A stretch of DNA of 47,460 bases, taken from NCBI RefSeq assembly GCF_001194135.2, contig NC_068981.1:15781117-15828576 (forward strand). The letters run 5' to 3'. This DNA is from Octopus bimaculoides. Its lineage: Eukaryota. This document shows, piece after piece, positions 25,044 through 38,331 of this stretch. Position 1 is the stretch's first letter, and each line of letters starts with the position of its first letter. Position numbers and translations under genes: made by a program. The notes beneath the pieces were generated by a model, which was not told the DNA's origin, made no database searches, and worked only from the letters and a program-made list of their open reading frames with translations.

Positions 25044-25401
25044 ATATTGTTGTATTTGGGGATGGTCATGTTGCCAGTTTAGCTAATAAAAGCACACGCT
25101 CTATACATTTGGTGTTAATTTGCTTCAGCTTTATTTTATTCTTTATATCAATCGTATTTTGGCCAGAGTTCTTTCGTCACACATCTGTGACCTCATCAGT
25201 GGTCCTTTGCTTTCTTCTTTCTTATTTGTGTGTCTTTCCTTACTAACGAGCAGCCATTTTGTATTTTGTATTCCTATTGTATGTGTCTTTATTTGCGCAT
25301 GCGTATACCCCTAAAGCTGAAGCAAATTAACACCAAATATATAGTGCTTGTGCTTTTATTGGTTAAACTGGCAACATGACCATCCCCAAATACAACAATA
25401 T
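25044..25401 (-). mobile_element. ~358-bp element with ~90-bp terminal inverted repeats and an internal hammerhead motif
   Basis: 25044-25133 is the imperfect reverse complement of 25312-25401. Right flank is (TA)n. Confidence 0.85.
25163..25202 (-). ncRNA. Minimal type-I hammerhead motif with canonical core
   Basis: cca | CTGATGA | g | gtcaca-gatg-tgtgac | GAAA | gaac | TC | tgg. Stem II is 6 bp, stem I 3 bp, stem III very short (AG/CU), CUC triplet. Confidence 0.7.
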
Positions 25402-25404
25402 ATA

Positions 25405-25450
<46 letters not shown>

Positions 25451-25666
25451 NNNNNNNNNNNNNNNNNNNNNNNNNNNNNNNNNNNNNNNNNNNNNNNNNN
25501 NNNNNNNNNNNNNNNNNNNNNNNNNNNNNNNNNNNNNNNNNNNNNNNNNNNNNNNNNNNNNNNNNNNNNNNNNNNNNNNNNNNNNNAGAGAGAGAGAGAG
25601 AGAGAGATCCATGCGTACGTACATACATACAGACAGACACGCACTCACAAACTCACACACACACAT

Positions 25667-25808
25667 CTTTCTGTGTTCCTTTCTGTGGAAGAGCGTAGGC
25701 TCGAAACATTAAAGACTTCTTCAATTCCCGAGCGTTATACTAATACATCTGTTTGTTTTCTACACCACCTGTCTTCGTCTTTTGCTTTTTTCTTTTGTGA
25801 ATTCTCCC
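25667..25808 (+). mobile_element. Short hammerhead-variant repeat ending in (TA)n, copy 3
   Basis: ctttctgtggaagagcgtaggctcgaaacattaaag ... gaattctccc(TA)n. Confidence 0.8.
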
Positions 25809-27557
25809 TATATATATATTCAAAGGTAGACATACCCATAGAAAACTGCAAAATCTTTATGCACTAAACGATTAAGCAATGTCCTGCAGGTATGTCTCTG
25901 CATTGGTGTACAATAATCATGAAATACATTCAAATAGTCACACTAGAAAGTGACTAGAAACCCCAATTACTATTCACGGTAACAAAGTCACCTCACTCTT
26001 AACATACCTAAAATATCCACTTTGAAATGAATTCATAGAAATGCATAGATTTTAAAGCGCCACTACACGTTAATTTCAATTGTGTTATGTGTCCAACTGA
26101 CTCGGCTACAAACAATTTTATGGACCCTAACACGAACCAAAATATCATTTTGTCAACAAAAAATATTATAAGTTATTTTTCACTCATCTGTTTACATTTT
26201 TACTTACATCTTTAAAATACATGAAAATCCCAGATCAGAATAAAATGGTTTTCTACCATTTACATTCTACCAACTCACTCTCTATTAACACATATATACA
26301 CGTACATTACCTCTCATCTCCTCTTTTCTTCTATTGCACATATCTGCGCAACTACATCCCCGGTCGAGGTATATCACACTTAATTAACATTTGTATGACT
26401 CTGCCCACACAAAATGTAACTATCCAAACAGAATACAAATAAAGCCTAATTTCAAGAGGGCAAGCAAGTCGAAACTTCGAAGTCGCTGTCAACATTATCC
26501 ATCTAAAAGTTAGTAGATATGGAGTCTAGCAACATATATGTAGTAAACCTTCAGTTTCACGTAAAATTATTTTTATATCTGACTTGATTAATACGCACAC
26601 ATACGCACATATATATGTGTGTGTGTGTGTGTGTGTGTTTGTATGTATGTATATATANNNNNNNNNNNNNNNNNNNNNNNNNNNNNNNNNNNNNNNNNNN
26701 NNNNNNNNNNNNNNNNNNNNNNNNNNNNNNNNNNNNNNNNNNNNNNNNNNNNNNNNNNNNNNNNNNNNNNNNNNNNNNNNNNNNNNNNNNNNNNNNNNNN
26801 NNNNNNNNNNNNNNNNNNNNNNNNNNNNNNNNNNNNNNNNNNNNNNNNNNNNNNNNNNNNNNNNNNNNNNNNNNNNNNNNNNNNNNNNNNNNNNNNNNNN
26901 NNNNNNNNNNNNNNNNNNNNNNNNNNNNNNNNNNNNNNNNNNNNNNNNNNNNNNNNNNNNNNNNNNNNNNNNNNNNNNNNNNNNNNNNNNNNNNNNNNNN
27001 NNNNNNNNNNNNNNNNNNNNNNNNNNNNNNNNNNNNNNNNNNNNNNNNNNNNNNNNNNNNNNNNNNNNNNNNNNNNNNNNNNNNNNNNNNNNNNNNNNNN
27101 NNNNNNNNNNNNNNNNNNNNNNNNNNNNNNNNNNNNNNNNNNNNNNNNNNNNNNNNNNNNNNNNNNNNNNNNNNNNNNNNNNNNNNNNNNNNNNNNNNNN
27201 NNNNNNNNNNNNNNNNNNNNNNNNNNNNNNNNNNNNNNNNNNNNNNNNNNNNNNNNNNNNNNNNNNNNNNNNNNNNNNNNNNNNNNNNNNNNNNNNNNNN
27301 NNNNNNNNNNNNNNNNNNNNNNNNNNNNNNNNNNNNNNNNNNNNNNNNNNNNNNNNNNNNNNNNNNNNNNNNNNNNNNNNNNNNNNNNNNNNNNNNNNNN
27401 NNATATATATATATATATATATATAAATATATACACATGTATGTCATTATTCAGTTTATTTCAAGATTTCTTGCCAATAGAGAAAGAACCGGTTTCTAAC
27501 CTAGATCCAAGGCTCCTTCATTGGAATTTCATCATCAACAACAGGATATTTTAGTTT

Positions 27558-27720
27558 GTATGTATGTATGGATGGGTGGATGGATGGATGGATGGATGGA
27601 TGGATGGATGTATGGATGGATGGATGTATGCATGTATGTATGTATGTATGTATGTATGGATGTATGGATGGATGGATGGATGTATGCATGTATGTATGTA
27701 TGTATGTATGTATGTATGTA
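27558..27720. repeat. Compound (GGAT)n/(GTAT)n microsatellite
   Basis: Direct reading. Confidence 0.95.
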
Positions 27721-28958
27721 TTCTCATGCGTATAGTTACATATCAAGACATGCTCATATATATTTAAATGATAAACTTTTTGGAAAGTTTTACAGAATTT
27801 TACAGTTCCAGTGATTAATTGGATCTGTTGTCTTCGAATTTGCTTTCCCCTTTCTGGTCTTGAGAAGCCTAATTTTTCAAGATTGGTATTTAGGCAGTGT
27901 GTTACATATCCTAGGGCCCCAATAATTACAGTTATAAACCTGAACTTGTAAATCTTCGGCAGGGCTCAAGAGTCATAGCAGGCCCTCAAATTGCGTTATC
28001 AATGACCCATATCAATGATTCTTTCTAGCAATAATTTGACTCGTATACAAGAAAGTAGCCACTATGTATGTATGTATGTATGTATGTATGTTTGTGTGTA
28101 TGTATGTGTGTATGTATGTGTGTGGGGGGAGGGGGTGTCTGTGCCTGTTGGTGTGTATGTATACAAACAGAGAAGTGATTTAGAAGTTTCAGCCTGTTAG
28201 CGCTCAAACAACCCAAGAAAGGTTTAGCCGGCCAAAATTTTGAAGTCACTAGCACCCCTCCACTTGTAAAAGTTCAATAAATATAATGCATAATCTTTCA
28301 ACTTGATGTTAAATTGCATTTATATAGAACTTGACATAGAACCAAAATTAATAAATATACATTTATGTTTTATGTATATNNNNNNNNNNNNNNNNNNNNN
28401 NNNNNNNNNNNNNNNNNNNNNNNNNNNNNNNNNNNNNNNNNNNNNNNNNNNNNNNNNNNNNNNNNNNNNNNNNNNNNNNNNNNNNNNNNNNNNNNNNNNN
28501 NNNNNNNNNNNNNNNNNNNNNNNNNNNNNNNNNNNNNNNNNNNNNNNNNNNNNNNNNNNNNNNNNNNNNNNNNNNNNNNNNNNNNNNNNNNNNNNNNNNN
28601 NNNNNNNNNNNNNNNNNNNNNNNNNNNNNNNNNNNNNNNNNNNNNNNNNNNNNNNNNNNNNNNNNNNNNNNNNNNNNNNNNNNNNNNNNNNNNNNNNNNN
28701 NNNNNNNNNNNNNNNNNNNNNNNNNNNNNNNNNNNNNNNNNNNNNNNNNNNNNNNNNNNNNNNNNNNNNNNNNNNNNNNNNNNNNNNNNNNNNNNNNNNN
28801 NNNNNNNNNNNNNNNNNCACTGGTCAATCTTATATACACAAGTACTATAATCTTTTTAGGATCTCCCAAAAATTTTTTGAAGAACCTTCTGATTCTTTTA
28901 ATGTGCTAGTTTCCTGGTATTAAATTGATAGTAATTAATATCGAATTTTTACCATATT

Positions 28959-29031
<73 letters not shown>

Positions 29032-29984
29032 TATATTCATATTCATATATGTGCATATAATTATTTATACATACAGAGAGAGAGGGGGGAGTGAGAGAGA
29101 TAATGAGGCAAGTAATTCTTTAATTTATCCGTCATTTTTTTTAAACCTTAACCCATAATAACTCCTAATATAAATCCCTAACTCTAACTCCCACTCAAAA
29201 ACAATTTAATATTCAACTAGCGCTTCCTTTCTCGACCACCTACGCACACACAGCCCCATTGCTAAAAATAACTCTACAGCCACTGACCTTAGCCAGGACG
29301 GGACACAAGCAATTACTGCCAAATCTCCTTCCCAGCAACTCTATACTTTGAGACTACAGACATCTACTACTACTCTCTTTAAATTCCTTTGATTCTTCTC
29401 TTTTCTTAACCCCTTTTCTTTACCCTATCTTCCTCTACCTCCTCATCCTCTCTCTTATCATCTCGGCTACTCCATACACATATGCAACCTACTTTATCAT
29501 AGCCAATCCTTAAAATCCACCCTACCTCACTCTGTCCACCACTCTTTCTATTTCTTTTCCTTTTCTCTACTTTTACCAATTAACAGCCACCTCTGCTACC
29601 ATTCTGTTATTGAACGTTGATATATTCGCGTTTTTTTTCTACTACTTAAGGTTTTCAACCTACATGGATATATAGGCAGGATTGCACCTATAGACTTACA
29701 CTCATGGATATACGCAGGATTGCACACAAGGACTCATACTTTGGTCTCTTTAACTTCAGAAAGTTGAACAATAATCTTTTATGCCTCTTTTTATTTCTCT
29801 CTTTCCATCTCCTTATTCTTTTACTACCTTCCTCTATGTTATCTTCTTATTAATATATACCATTCTCATTTTCCATATTTTCCCCCAATTTGTCTCTGGT
29901 GACGTATATCCCATACTCGAGGATAATCCAGAAGCAGCAGTATGATTTAGAATTTTCTTCCTGTAATAATATTGTATATGACTT

Positions 29985-30672
29985 GAGATGTTTGCCTTGC
30001 CTTAATGTTTGACGACCCGTTTAATAATTATATATATANNNNNNNNNNNNNNNNNNNNNNNNNNNNNNNNNNNNNNNNNNNNNNNNNNNNNNNNNNNNNN
30101 NNNNNNNNNNNNNNNNNNNNNNNNNNNNNNNNNNNNNNNNNNNNNNNNNNNNNNNNNNNNNNNNNNNNNNNNNNNNNNNNNNNNNNNNNNNNNNNNNNNN
30201 NNNNNNNNNNNNNNNNNNNNNNNNNNNNNNNNNNNNNNNNNNNNNNNNNNNNNNNNNNNNNNNNNNNNNNNNNNNNNNNNNNNNNNNNNNNNNNNNNNNN
30301 NNNNNNNNNNNNNNNNNNNNNNNNNNNNNNNNNNNNNNNNNNNNNNNNNNNNNNNNNNNNNNNNNNNNNNNNNNNNNNNNNNNNNNNNNNNNNNNNNNNN
30401 NNNNNNNNNNNNNNNNNNNNNNNNNNNNNNNNNNNNNNNNNNNNNNNNNNNNNNNNNNNNNNNNNNNNNNNNNNNNNNNNNNNNNNNNNNNNNNNNNNNN
30501 NNNNNNNNNNNNNNNNNNNNNNNNNNNNNNNNNNNNNNNNNNNNNNNNNNNNNNNNNNTCCAGTGACATTCTTCACTGATATTGAAAAGGTGAAAACAAG
30601 CAATGTTAATTCTCTAAATGAAGTATTAATTATTAAACGGGTCGTCAAACATTAAGGCAAGGCAAACATCTC
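29985..30672. repeat. 46-bp perfect inverted repeat (29985-30030 / 30627-30672) spanning an N-gap
   Basis: gagatgtttgccttgccttaatgtttgacgacccgtttaataatta and its exact reverse complement. Confidence 0.85.
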
Positions 30673-32040
30673 TATGTGGCTCGTGTGTTCTCGTCTACGT
30701 TTGTTTGCAATGTCCTGTACCCAGATATGCACCTATACATACAGGTGGATGTCGGTATGCACATACCTGTACGTATATATGCATATACTCATTTACTATT
30801 TGTTTTTATATATATATATATATATATATATTGCTATTATTCATTTTAATTAAAATAAGGAGCAATTTTTATAGATGTTAGGCTATTCATATATATGTGT
30901 ATATATATATATAAATATATGTGTGTGTGTGTGTATATATACATATATATACATATATATGTGTGTGTGTGTGTGCGTGTGTGTATGTGTATGCGTGAAT
31001 GTGTGTGCGTGTGTGTACATTCTCGTTATATATTTACCAACATGTTTCTGTTTATGATCTAAATTATCTAGTTTCTTTGTTATATTGCGGCTAATATAGA
31101 TAACGCCATCATACCAATTTGAGGTAAGTTACTGAGAACTATTTGTTCTCCATATAAAAGCGAGCAGACTTATTTGGTGATTTATTAACTTAATTTTTTA
31201 TACTTGACCTCGCCATGGTAGATAAAATCATTTCATGAATCAGTATTTTTAATAATATTCATGTTTGCTTTATTTTTTAGCAAATAGAAAATAAAAATGT
31301 ATGTACATTGGGGTAAATAAGTTTGTGAACTTATTTTGATATATGGCCGTAATCGTACATAATATTCTACGCCGAGATATTCTATATCACCACAACACAG
31401 TGAAGATTCAAACGATAATTACTTTTTAAAGCGAACCAATATTTTATTATCTCTATAAACAATGCCATGCACGTTTCTTTATAATCTACAGCAGCGCAGA
31501 TCATATTTATCAGTCTGACAGAGACACTCAATGCTCTTCTGAGTTTTTTCTTTATATTCTTTTTGTTGGTCATCATTCTGTTTAACATTAATGCTGATGC
31601 CGCTTTTTTTATTTAGTTTTGTTACTTTTAAAATTCATGCTTCTGTTACTACTTCTATTGTATACGTGTTACCATTAGTTTTGTCAAAGTGCCAAGCGCA
31701 TACATATTTAAGTTTGCTGGTTATGTCTGAAAATGTGTCTGTTATTCCTAGATATGTTTCGATGTCTCAGTGTAAAATAACCGTTAAGCGGAAGTTTGTT
31801 TCAAGAAAAATACAACAAAATGAAACAAAATAAAAATTGATAACTCTCATGTTTATCTTATAGTAAAGTATAAAATCTGTTTTCTTTAGAAACAAGGAAA
31901 ATATTCTGCGCCATTCAACCATATAATTGAATGCTGATTTTTCAACATAAAAATTTAAAGCATGATTTGTCATAAAATTATCGCCGCAATATATGTATCC
32001 TAAAAGTATGAACGCATACATATAGATGCTCACACAAACG

Positions 32041-32083
<43 letters not shown>

Positions 32084-32775
32084 NNNNNNNNNNNNNNNNN
32101 NNNNNNNNNNNNNNNNNNNNNNNNNNNNNNNNNNNNNNNNNNNNNNNNNNNNNNNNNNNNNNNNNNNNNNNNNNNNNNNNNNNNNNNNNNNNNNNNNNNN
32201 NNNNNNNNNNNNNNNNNNNNNNNNNNNNNNNNNNNNNNNNNNNNNNNNNNNNNNNNNNNNNNNNNNNNNNNNNNNNNNNNNNNNNNNNNNNNNNNNNNNN
32301 NNNNNNNNNNNNNNNNNNNNNNNNNNNNNNNNNNNNNNNNNNNNNNNNNNNNNNNNNNNNNNNNNNNNNNNNNNNNNNNNNNNNNNNNNNNNNNNNNNNN
32401 NNNNNNNNNNNNNNNNNNNNNNNNNNNNNNNNNNNNNNNNNNNNNNNNNNNNNNNNNNNNNNNNNNNNNNNNNNNNNNNNNNNNNNNNNNNNNNNNNNNN
32501 NNNNNNNNNNNNNNNNNNNNNNNNNNNNNNNNNNNNNNNNNNNNNNNNNNNNNNNNNNNNNNNNNNNNNNNNNNNNNNNNNNNNNNNNNNNNNNNNNNNN
32601 NNNNNNNNNNNNNNNNNNNNNNNNNNNNNNNNNNNNNNNNNNNNNNNNNNNNNNNNNNNNNNNNNNNNNNNNNNNNNNNNNNNNNNNNNNNNNNNNNNNN
32701 NNNNNNNNNNNNNNNNNNNNNNNNNNNNNNNNNNNNNNNNNNNNNNNNNNNNNNNNNNNNNNNNNNNNNNNNNNN

Positions 32776-32816
<41 letters not shown>

Positions 32817-33617
32817 GTATCTTTATAGAAAACTTTGTAACAGATAATTCATAAGGAGGTAAGCTAATTTCTTTACATTAAATATATGTAATGGAATCAA
32901 GGTTCCTATAAATTACATGTCATTGGAAGTTTTGATATTATAGTAATTAATTAATGATAGACGGAAGAATGAAGATACGACAAACCTTATTGATCTCTAC
33001 AATCGTTTCAACCAATCTAGTATCAATCTTTGCCGGTAGTTCACTCTACAACTGGTTTAAGTGTGTACCTCAGGTGATTTCAGGAAGTTTCACATCAAAA
33101 TAAACTGTATATCTACTAACGAACGAAGCTATATTCCTTAATTTGGCATCTCTCTATATGAAGACCAGGAAGGCAACATTCAGAAATAAGTTGTGCTAAC
33201 CAGAGTTTATTTTAACGAGGTATACCATGGTATCACTTGAGGAGACACATCTACACCAAGAGAAACACTTAAACCAGATGTACAATATCCCACCGGCGAC
33301 GGATCCAAGCTAGATGGGTCAAAAGAATTATAGCAATGAATGACGATATTCATATATTCCCTCTTCTGTCGCTCTTTAATTACATACTCAATGAACACTA
33401 CGCCAGTGAAATGCTTTACCGGCAAACTACCAAGTATATACCATATGAATTCTAAAATGTCTGTGTGCGTGTGTGTGTCTGCCTGTCTGCTTGTCTTTCT
33501 GTGTTTGTGCATTTGAAAGTCTATGAAAATTACTTAATACAGTTTTGAAGTGTAAAGTTAAATTTATGGATATATATATATATATATATATACTATGAAG
33601 CATTGTATAGAATATAT

Positions 33618-33759
33618 TATATAAATAATTGTGGGTAAGGCCAAAACAATGCGAAGTAAATGCAAGGTAAATCACAAGATTAATTCACATATTTGTTTTC
33701 TTGTGATATACCTTGCATTTACTTCGCTTTGTTTTGGCCTTACCCACGATGTTTATATA
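33618..33759. repeat. Compact hairpin / MITE-like inverted repeat
   Basis: Arms 33631-33679 and 33699-33747 are ~49 bp with about 2 mismatches around a 19-nt loop. Pairing extends into TA-rich flanks. Confidence 0.85.
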
Positions 33760-35828
33760 TATAGTCAAATCGAACATTAAAATTGAACATTAAATGTCAT
33801 AAACAGAAACACAAAAAGACGTACAAATGAAATGTATCAACCTGACCCTCAGTAAAAATAGAAGAAAGAATATATTATTTTCCGTTTGAAGCATTACTCT
33901 TCGTAAAAAGGAGAAAAAAGGAAGGTGCAGAGAAAGAAGTATGTCCAGAAAAAGCACGCATGTCGTTGCATGGCTCAATTTACCATTTATATACATGCTC
34001 GCATACATTTTATATATATGCACATAGGCACATACATATAAGCATTCATGCATACATATTTTTAAAGATGCTTTATTGAGCCAAATAATCATTATGATAA
34101 CACAATGGTTATACTATGATCGCTAGGCTAAATTTTGAACACGTACAAAGGATGCAGAAGTAAAAATATATTACATAATATACGTAAATAACAAAAAATA
34201 TCTTGCGGTATATATGAAGATGTTATACTTTTCTTTCAAAATATCTTCTCTGAGTTAATAAAATAAGTTACTTTTAAAATGGTTAATTTATTTAAAGAAC
34301 CTCAGTATACAAATATCCTATTTCTTCTCAAGATTATTTTTCATTAACTTCCACACAGTGTATACAATGTTGTGGCGCTTTTAGAGTTGATGTTATCTAA
34401 CAACATTTAGATATGTTATGATAAATCTCCAGATATCATACGCTGTGTTAATCTAATTCATTCTGGGCATCACAATATCGTTACAAAAACATGCCGTTCC
34501 TTCAAACCCGAATATGCAATATTCGCTTAAATAATATCAATAATTGGATAATTAAAGTTGTGTTTACTAGGTTGAAATGAAGTAAAGAAAGTCCCACTGT
34601 CACGTACCTACTCGTTACACTAAAACCATAAATATATTTACCCGTTTTGATATTTCAATAGGGTAATTATTAAAGTATGATGTATTTGAGTTAATAGCAC
34701 GCTGCTTTCCTAAAAACGGTAATACAATATGTTACTAATTGTAAGACATCGCCCTAATGATGTAACTTATTTCAACAAATAAAATAATCAGAATAATTCA
34801 AGAGAAAATTTATAAGATATATGAATGCAATAAAATGATTTTCATGTCAAACAGTAATTTCCAGAAATAAATAGGCTAGAGAAAATGTAGCGACGAAAAT
34901 CAGGCCCCACTATTTGGTCTTATCGTTCATAGGCAGATGATAAACATAACATTGCAAAACCTGGAGCGCTACGATTACATTTCCTTTCTCGAAGGCTGGT
35001 GTATGTATCATTTTAGTCACTTACTGATGCTTTACAATTACCAGGTAGCGCTGTCTCAACTGAGTTATTTCTGATGACAAGCATATAAACATGTGCGACC
35101 GCATAAAATTGGAAGTCATCTGATAATTTGCCAAATATCAAACCATCAATAAACATTATGTTCCTCTTACAAAATATACGTTCCCTCAGTACTTGGTAAA
35201 TACATAGTCCATTTCTTGCAAACCGACCGAAGTTTTTCGTTTCTTGTCTACCCGCTTTCTTGACTGTCTCATTTGTCATTCATCAATTTTTTTTAATCGT
35301 TACATCTCAGAGCATCATCCGCTGAAACACGCTCTGCAGACTTTACCTATTCATGCAGACACCGAATTATGAATGTATATATTTTTGTGAAAGTACAGCA
35401 ACCACTTCGCCCTCACCCGTCCGAGCAGTTACAAAGATCTTAGGTACAACGATCTCGACTGTGCAATAGCCATGGGTGCACCCCTTCTCCTTCTCATTCA
35501 GTTACATGTATTGCATCAGTAGCACTTGCATCAGACAAAAGCGGAATGTGATGGAATAATGTACTTGAGGATATTGTACCTTGGTAGTTAGTTCAATTTC
35601 CATTATAATATCTACGAATATAGCATCGGAATAACTCTTTAATTATATCACATAGGTTGTTGATCTACGTAGGCATGTCATTATACTATGGCAATTTTAT
35701 CACCTATATCCGCAATACTGATCTAACTAACAAATAGTGTTGGTGATGAAATATGTAGGTGCGTTTAAAACACAAACAAAACTAGATAATGTAGTGTGTT
35801 TGTGTTTTAAATGTATATAGTATGTATA

Positions 35829-35904
35829 TATATAGCATGTCTTAAGATACAGCAATAATTTTCTCGGTATATAGCATGTCTTAAGATACAGCAATAATTT
35901 TCTC
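35829..35904. repeat. Perfect 37-bp tandem duplication, period 39
   Basis: tatatagcatgtcttaagatacagcaataattttctc occurs twice, separated by gg. Confidence 0.9.
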
Positions 35905-36763
35905 TGATACTTTATAAGAAAAATAAAACAATACTCATTCTGTCTATCGTAAGAAATATTTCAAAATATGCGTTGAATTTCCAGATCTTATTCTAACTTG
36001 AAATAATTCAAAAATTAGCAACTAATCATTCGCAAATAAAAAAAAATATATATATTTCTAGAACAAAATTTCTCTGACCACTTTTAGTATCGTAATTCAA
36101 GGTCAAATTTATTTTTAAAATTCAACATTTAATTTGCTGAAAACAGGAATAAAATGAGCGAAAACAATAAAATGCTTTGGATTTCTTCATTATTTGCAAG
36201 AAAAAATTCACAGCTGCTCTAATTAAATGTTGTTTTATTCGCAATCAATATAGTTTATGAATTTAGTTAATCTTAATAGCGCAATGTATAATTTATTCAT
36301 GTGCAGGTGGAAGGATATAATTCCTATCAGTTTATTTTAATGAACAATGATATTGATTGAAATGCGAATTGAAAACTGGAGGGAAACATGCGTGAAGTGA
36401 TACACATCTAAAGATAAAATCTCTTTAACTATCACGGAATAGAATGAACAGATAAAATACAAATTTAAAAAAGCCTTTCTAACTTCCTTTGAAGAATAAA
36501 ACGTTTCAAACTAAGGTTTACTTGAAGACTTTGAATTATTGGTGTAAGACATAAAAATCGATTGGAATGCATTTTTTCTTTTCTGTTGGGAATACCGAGG
36601 AAGCAAAGCAAAGTCAAAACCGGAAGAATTTGATGTAAGGGGTAAAGAAATAAAATTATATTTTGCAGCGATATGGAATTTAAGCAAGTATAACGTTTGT
36701 TTTCGAAGAAGATACATAAAGGACATTTTTTAGAGCAGCTTCTTATGAAGATCACATTTAGAT

Positions 36764-37162
36764 GTTGTTGTTGTTGTTGTTGTCACTCCGTCGCTTACGA
36801 CGTCGAGGGTTCCATTTGATCCGATCAACGGAACAGCCTGTTCGTGAAATTAACGTGCAAGTGGCTGAGCACTCCACAGACACGTGTACCCTTAACGTAG
36901 TTCTCGGGAATATTCAGCGTGACACAGCGTGACAAGGCTGACCCTTTGAATTACAGGCACAACAGAAACAGGAAGTAAGAGTGAGGGAAAGTTGTGGTGA
37001 AAGAGTACAGCAGGGTTCGCCACCATCCCCTGCCGGAGCCTCGTGGAGCTTTAGGTGTTTTCGCTCAATAAACACTCACAACGCCCGGTCTGGGAATCGA
37101 AACCGTGATCTTATGACCGCGAGTCCGCTGCCCTAACCACTGGGCCATTGCGCCTCCATACC
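36764..37162 (-). mobile_element. Full-length young tRNA-derived SINE with (CAA)n tail and 12-bp TSD
   Basis: Head ggaggcgcaatggcccagtggttaggg (A box) ... ggtttcgattccc (B box). Tail (AAC)n at ~36764-36782. TSD tcacatttagat at 36752-36763 and 37163-37174. Confidence 0.93.
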
Positions 37163-37361
37163 TCACATTTAGATAGATATATGAAGAAAAAAAACCCCAG
37201 TAAAGTGAGGCATATAAGAATATTACTATTTATAGCAATAAAGGGGGGGGGGGACCAGGCAACTCAGAAAAGCAGGTGAAATATAAAAACCAAAGAAACC
37301 TTGAATTTGTTTCCTAAAAGACTTTTACAAGTGTTTCAATTAACGAAATCAATATTAGAAA

Positions 37362-38296
37362 TGATGTCTGTGTAAAGAAGACAGTCATCCTCACTCAGGA
37401 GGGCGCAGTGAAAGGTCATATCAAACATGATAACAAAGTGCTTGAGACAGTGGACAGGTTCTGCTATCTAGGGTCTACCATTTCATCTACTACTCCACTT
37501 GATGATGCGATTAATGTCAGGATAGGGAAGGCAGCAGCAAATTTTGAAAGGCTGACAAAACGAGTATGGAAGAACAAGAGATTAGCCATCAAGACAAAGA
37601 TCAGGATTTATGAAGCATGTGTTCTCAGCACACTCCTCTATGGATCTGAAACATAGACCTTGTACAGCAGACACTAAAGGTGCCACGGCATTTTCCATCT
37701 CAGATGCCTCCGCAAGATCTTAAGCTTAACATGGCGCGACAAGATCACCAATGTTGAAGTGCTGGCGCAGGAGAATCTTCAAACTATGAGAGCTATCTTG
37801 TGTATGAGAAGACTTAGGTGGCTGGGGCATGTCAGGAGAATGGATGACCATCGTATCCCGAAGCAACTGCTCTATGGGGAACTGGCCCAGGACAAGGGAC
37901 CAAGAGGAAGACCAAAACTGAGGGATAAGGACACTTGCAAAACTAGTTCGTCCAAGTGTGAGGTGGATGTTGGCACCTGGGAAGAGAGGGTTGAGGAGAG
38001 AATAATATGGAGGACTGTGTTTAAGGAAGGAACTGGTTCGCTGGAGAGTAGCTACAGAAACAAACAAGTTGAGAAGCATCAGCGGCGAAAAGAAAACAAC
38101 AGAATGCAGAGCACTGAGCCACCCTCTTGGTATGCAGGTACTGTGAGAAAAGCTGCGCTTCAATGATAGGAAGAATCAGCCATGAAAGAAGCTGCAAGAA
38201 GGAGAGCCCCTGATATGTTCGATTAAGTGACCTCTAAATTAAATTGACCGTCTGCATAGAAGAATAGGGCCAATTATTATTATTATTATCATTATT

Positions 38297-38331
<35 letters not shown>

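Noticed and set aside
26557-27554. Long ORFs of 160-310 aa, also at 28.3, 30.0, 32.0, 40.9 and 43.5 kb
   Set aside because: They are open only because they cross N gaps.
36764-37162. tRNA genes suggested by A/B boxes here and at 24642
   Set aside because: The tRNA-like heads run into SINE bodies with tails or TSD and do not form full cloverleafs.
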